Shown: in pieces, positions 63,129 to 64,000 of the stretch
Layout of the letters: every line of letters begins with the position of its first letter
Numbering within the stretch: position 1 is the stretch's first letter
Source of the DNA: an uncultured virus (IMG/VR IMGVR_UViG_3300005253_000164)
Taxonomy: Duplodnaviria > Heunggongvirae > Uroviricota > Caudoviricetes
Direction: 5' to 3' (one strand)
Length of the DNA: 64,000 nucleotides
IMG/VR virus record: IMGVR_UViG_3300005253_000164
Translations under genes and position numbers: made by a program
The notes under the pieces: generated by a model
The model's input: only the letters and a program-made list of their open reading frames with translations
Database searches by the model: none
What the model was told of the DNA's origin: nothing

Positions 63129-64000
63129 ATGAGAAGATACGTTATTGCACTGTCATTCATAATTTTAATTGCGAGTACCATGACTTCAATTCAACCTGTG
63201 AAAGTAAAAGGAATAGAAGGATGTTATATTATTGGAGAACCGATAGTTATTCAAAATAATAATGATTTTAGTGATTTATGTTTTAATGGAGATGGAACTT
63301 TTAACAGTCCATACAGAATTGAGAATTATAATATAAATAAGGAAGGCGTATCGAGTATTTCAATTATGGGGACAACAGATTATTTTGTCATTAGAAATTC
63401 TACGTTCTCAAGCATAGTGATGTGGAATGTTCAAAATGGGTATATAGTTAATAATACCATTAAAGGAAATTATGATTATTATATAAGTCCGATTAATGGT
63501 AGGAGGCACTCTACTGGTGTGGATATTGGTTCCGATCTATATGGCAAAAGAGAAAGGACAGTAAATATTGTAATCTTGAATAATACTATTATAAATCATT
63601 TAAATGGAATTCGTGCTATAACAGAAACTCATGGTGAGATAATTGATTGCATTATATCATCAAATTCTATTAAAAATAATAAAAATTATGGATTGATAGG
63701 TATTAATGATGCACACATATTGGTTAGATATAATAATTTTATCAATAATACTAAGCAAGCAATTTATGATGGGGAAGATAACCCTGGTTTGTTTGAATAT
63801 AATTATTGGGATGATCATACACAACCCGATGAAAACAATAATGGGATTGTGGATACTCCTTATGAGATCAGCTATTCTTTAGAATATGGCACTAGAACTT
63901 ATGATTATCATCCTCTAACAGAACCTAATGGTGAGATTGAACGTGAAGTTCGAGAGCAACTACCACCTCTTGATACCACATTTACACCTGCCTCACCAGT
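63129..64000 (+). CDS. Secreted NosD/CASH beta-helix protein (runs off window end; absent from track)
   Basis: Signal peptide MRRYVIALSFIILIAS; GDGTFNSPYRIEN, I.NN.I repeats, NYWDDH..PDENNNGIVDTPY. Confidence 0.75.
   Translation, partial: MRRYVIALSFIILIASTMTSIQPVKVKGIEGCYIIGEPIVIQNNNDFSDLCFNGDGTFNSPYRIENYNINKEGVSSISIMGTTDYFVIRNSTFSSIVMWNVQNGYIVNNTIKGNYDYYISPINGRRHSTGVDIGSDLYGKRERTVNIVILNNTIINHLNGIRAITETHGEIIDCIISSNSIKNNKNYGLIGINDAHILVRYNNFINNTKQAIYDGEDNPGLFEYNYWDDHTQPDENNNGIVDTPYEISYSLEYGTRTYDYHPLTEPNGEIEREVREQLPPLDTTFTPASP

Overview
AT-rich, almost entirely single-stranded-coding (+) segment of what looks like a large archaeal virus or extrachromosomal/integrated element. An Asgard (Heimdall/Loki-like) host is inferred from GGTGA Shine-Dalgarno sites, TATA-type promoters, a MIT-AAA Vps4-like ATPase, an Asgard-type Zn-binding domain and an Asgard-style NosD-repeat secreted protein. 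No capsid, terminase, polymerase, integrase, tRNA or CRISPR array was recognised. Layout: (i) 1-5.1 kb: PrsW protease, a stand-alone tnpB IS, three basic-tailed proteins (one JAB-like) and a wHTH gene. (ii) ~5.5-40.1 kb: a ~35-kb array of roughly 90 mostly small genes plus hairpin-rich non-coding units, nearly all separated by the same minimal punctuation mark, stop-(T)CTCTC-N0-5-ATG. Cargo includes a Ycf46-like AAA ATPase module, DNA-modification-type enzymes and many Zn-finger microproteins. (iii) 40-49 kb: DNA-binding genes, a Rep-like gene containing iteron-like repeats, and small membrane proteins sharing one promoter motif. (iv) 49-61.8 kb: two divergent tRNA-splicing endonuclease (EndA) paralogues, two proteins with MIM-like C-tails, Vps4 and large unknowns, most carrying a shared N-terminal R-x-H-Y basic tag. 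The best candidate novel system is the CTCTC-punctuated gene/ncRNA array, possibly processed by the element's own retargeted EndA pair. The RxHY-tagged protein cohort with Vps4 is a second candidate. All counts and alignments are manual; family assignments are from motif recognition, not database searches.
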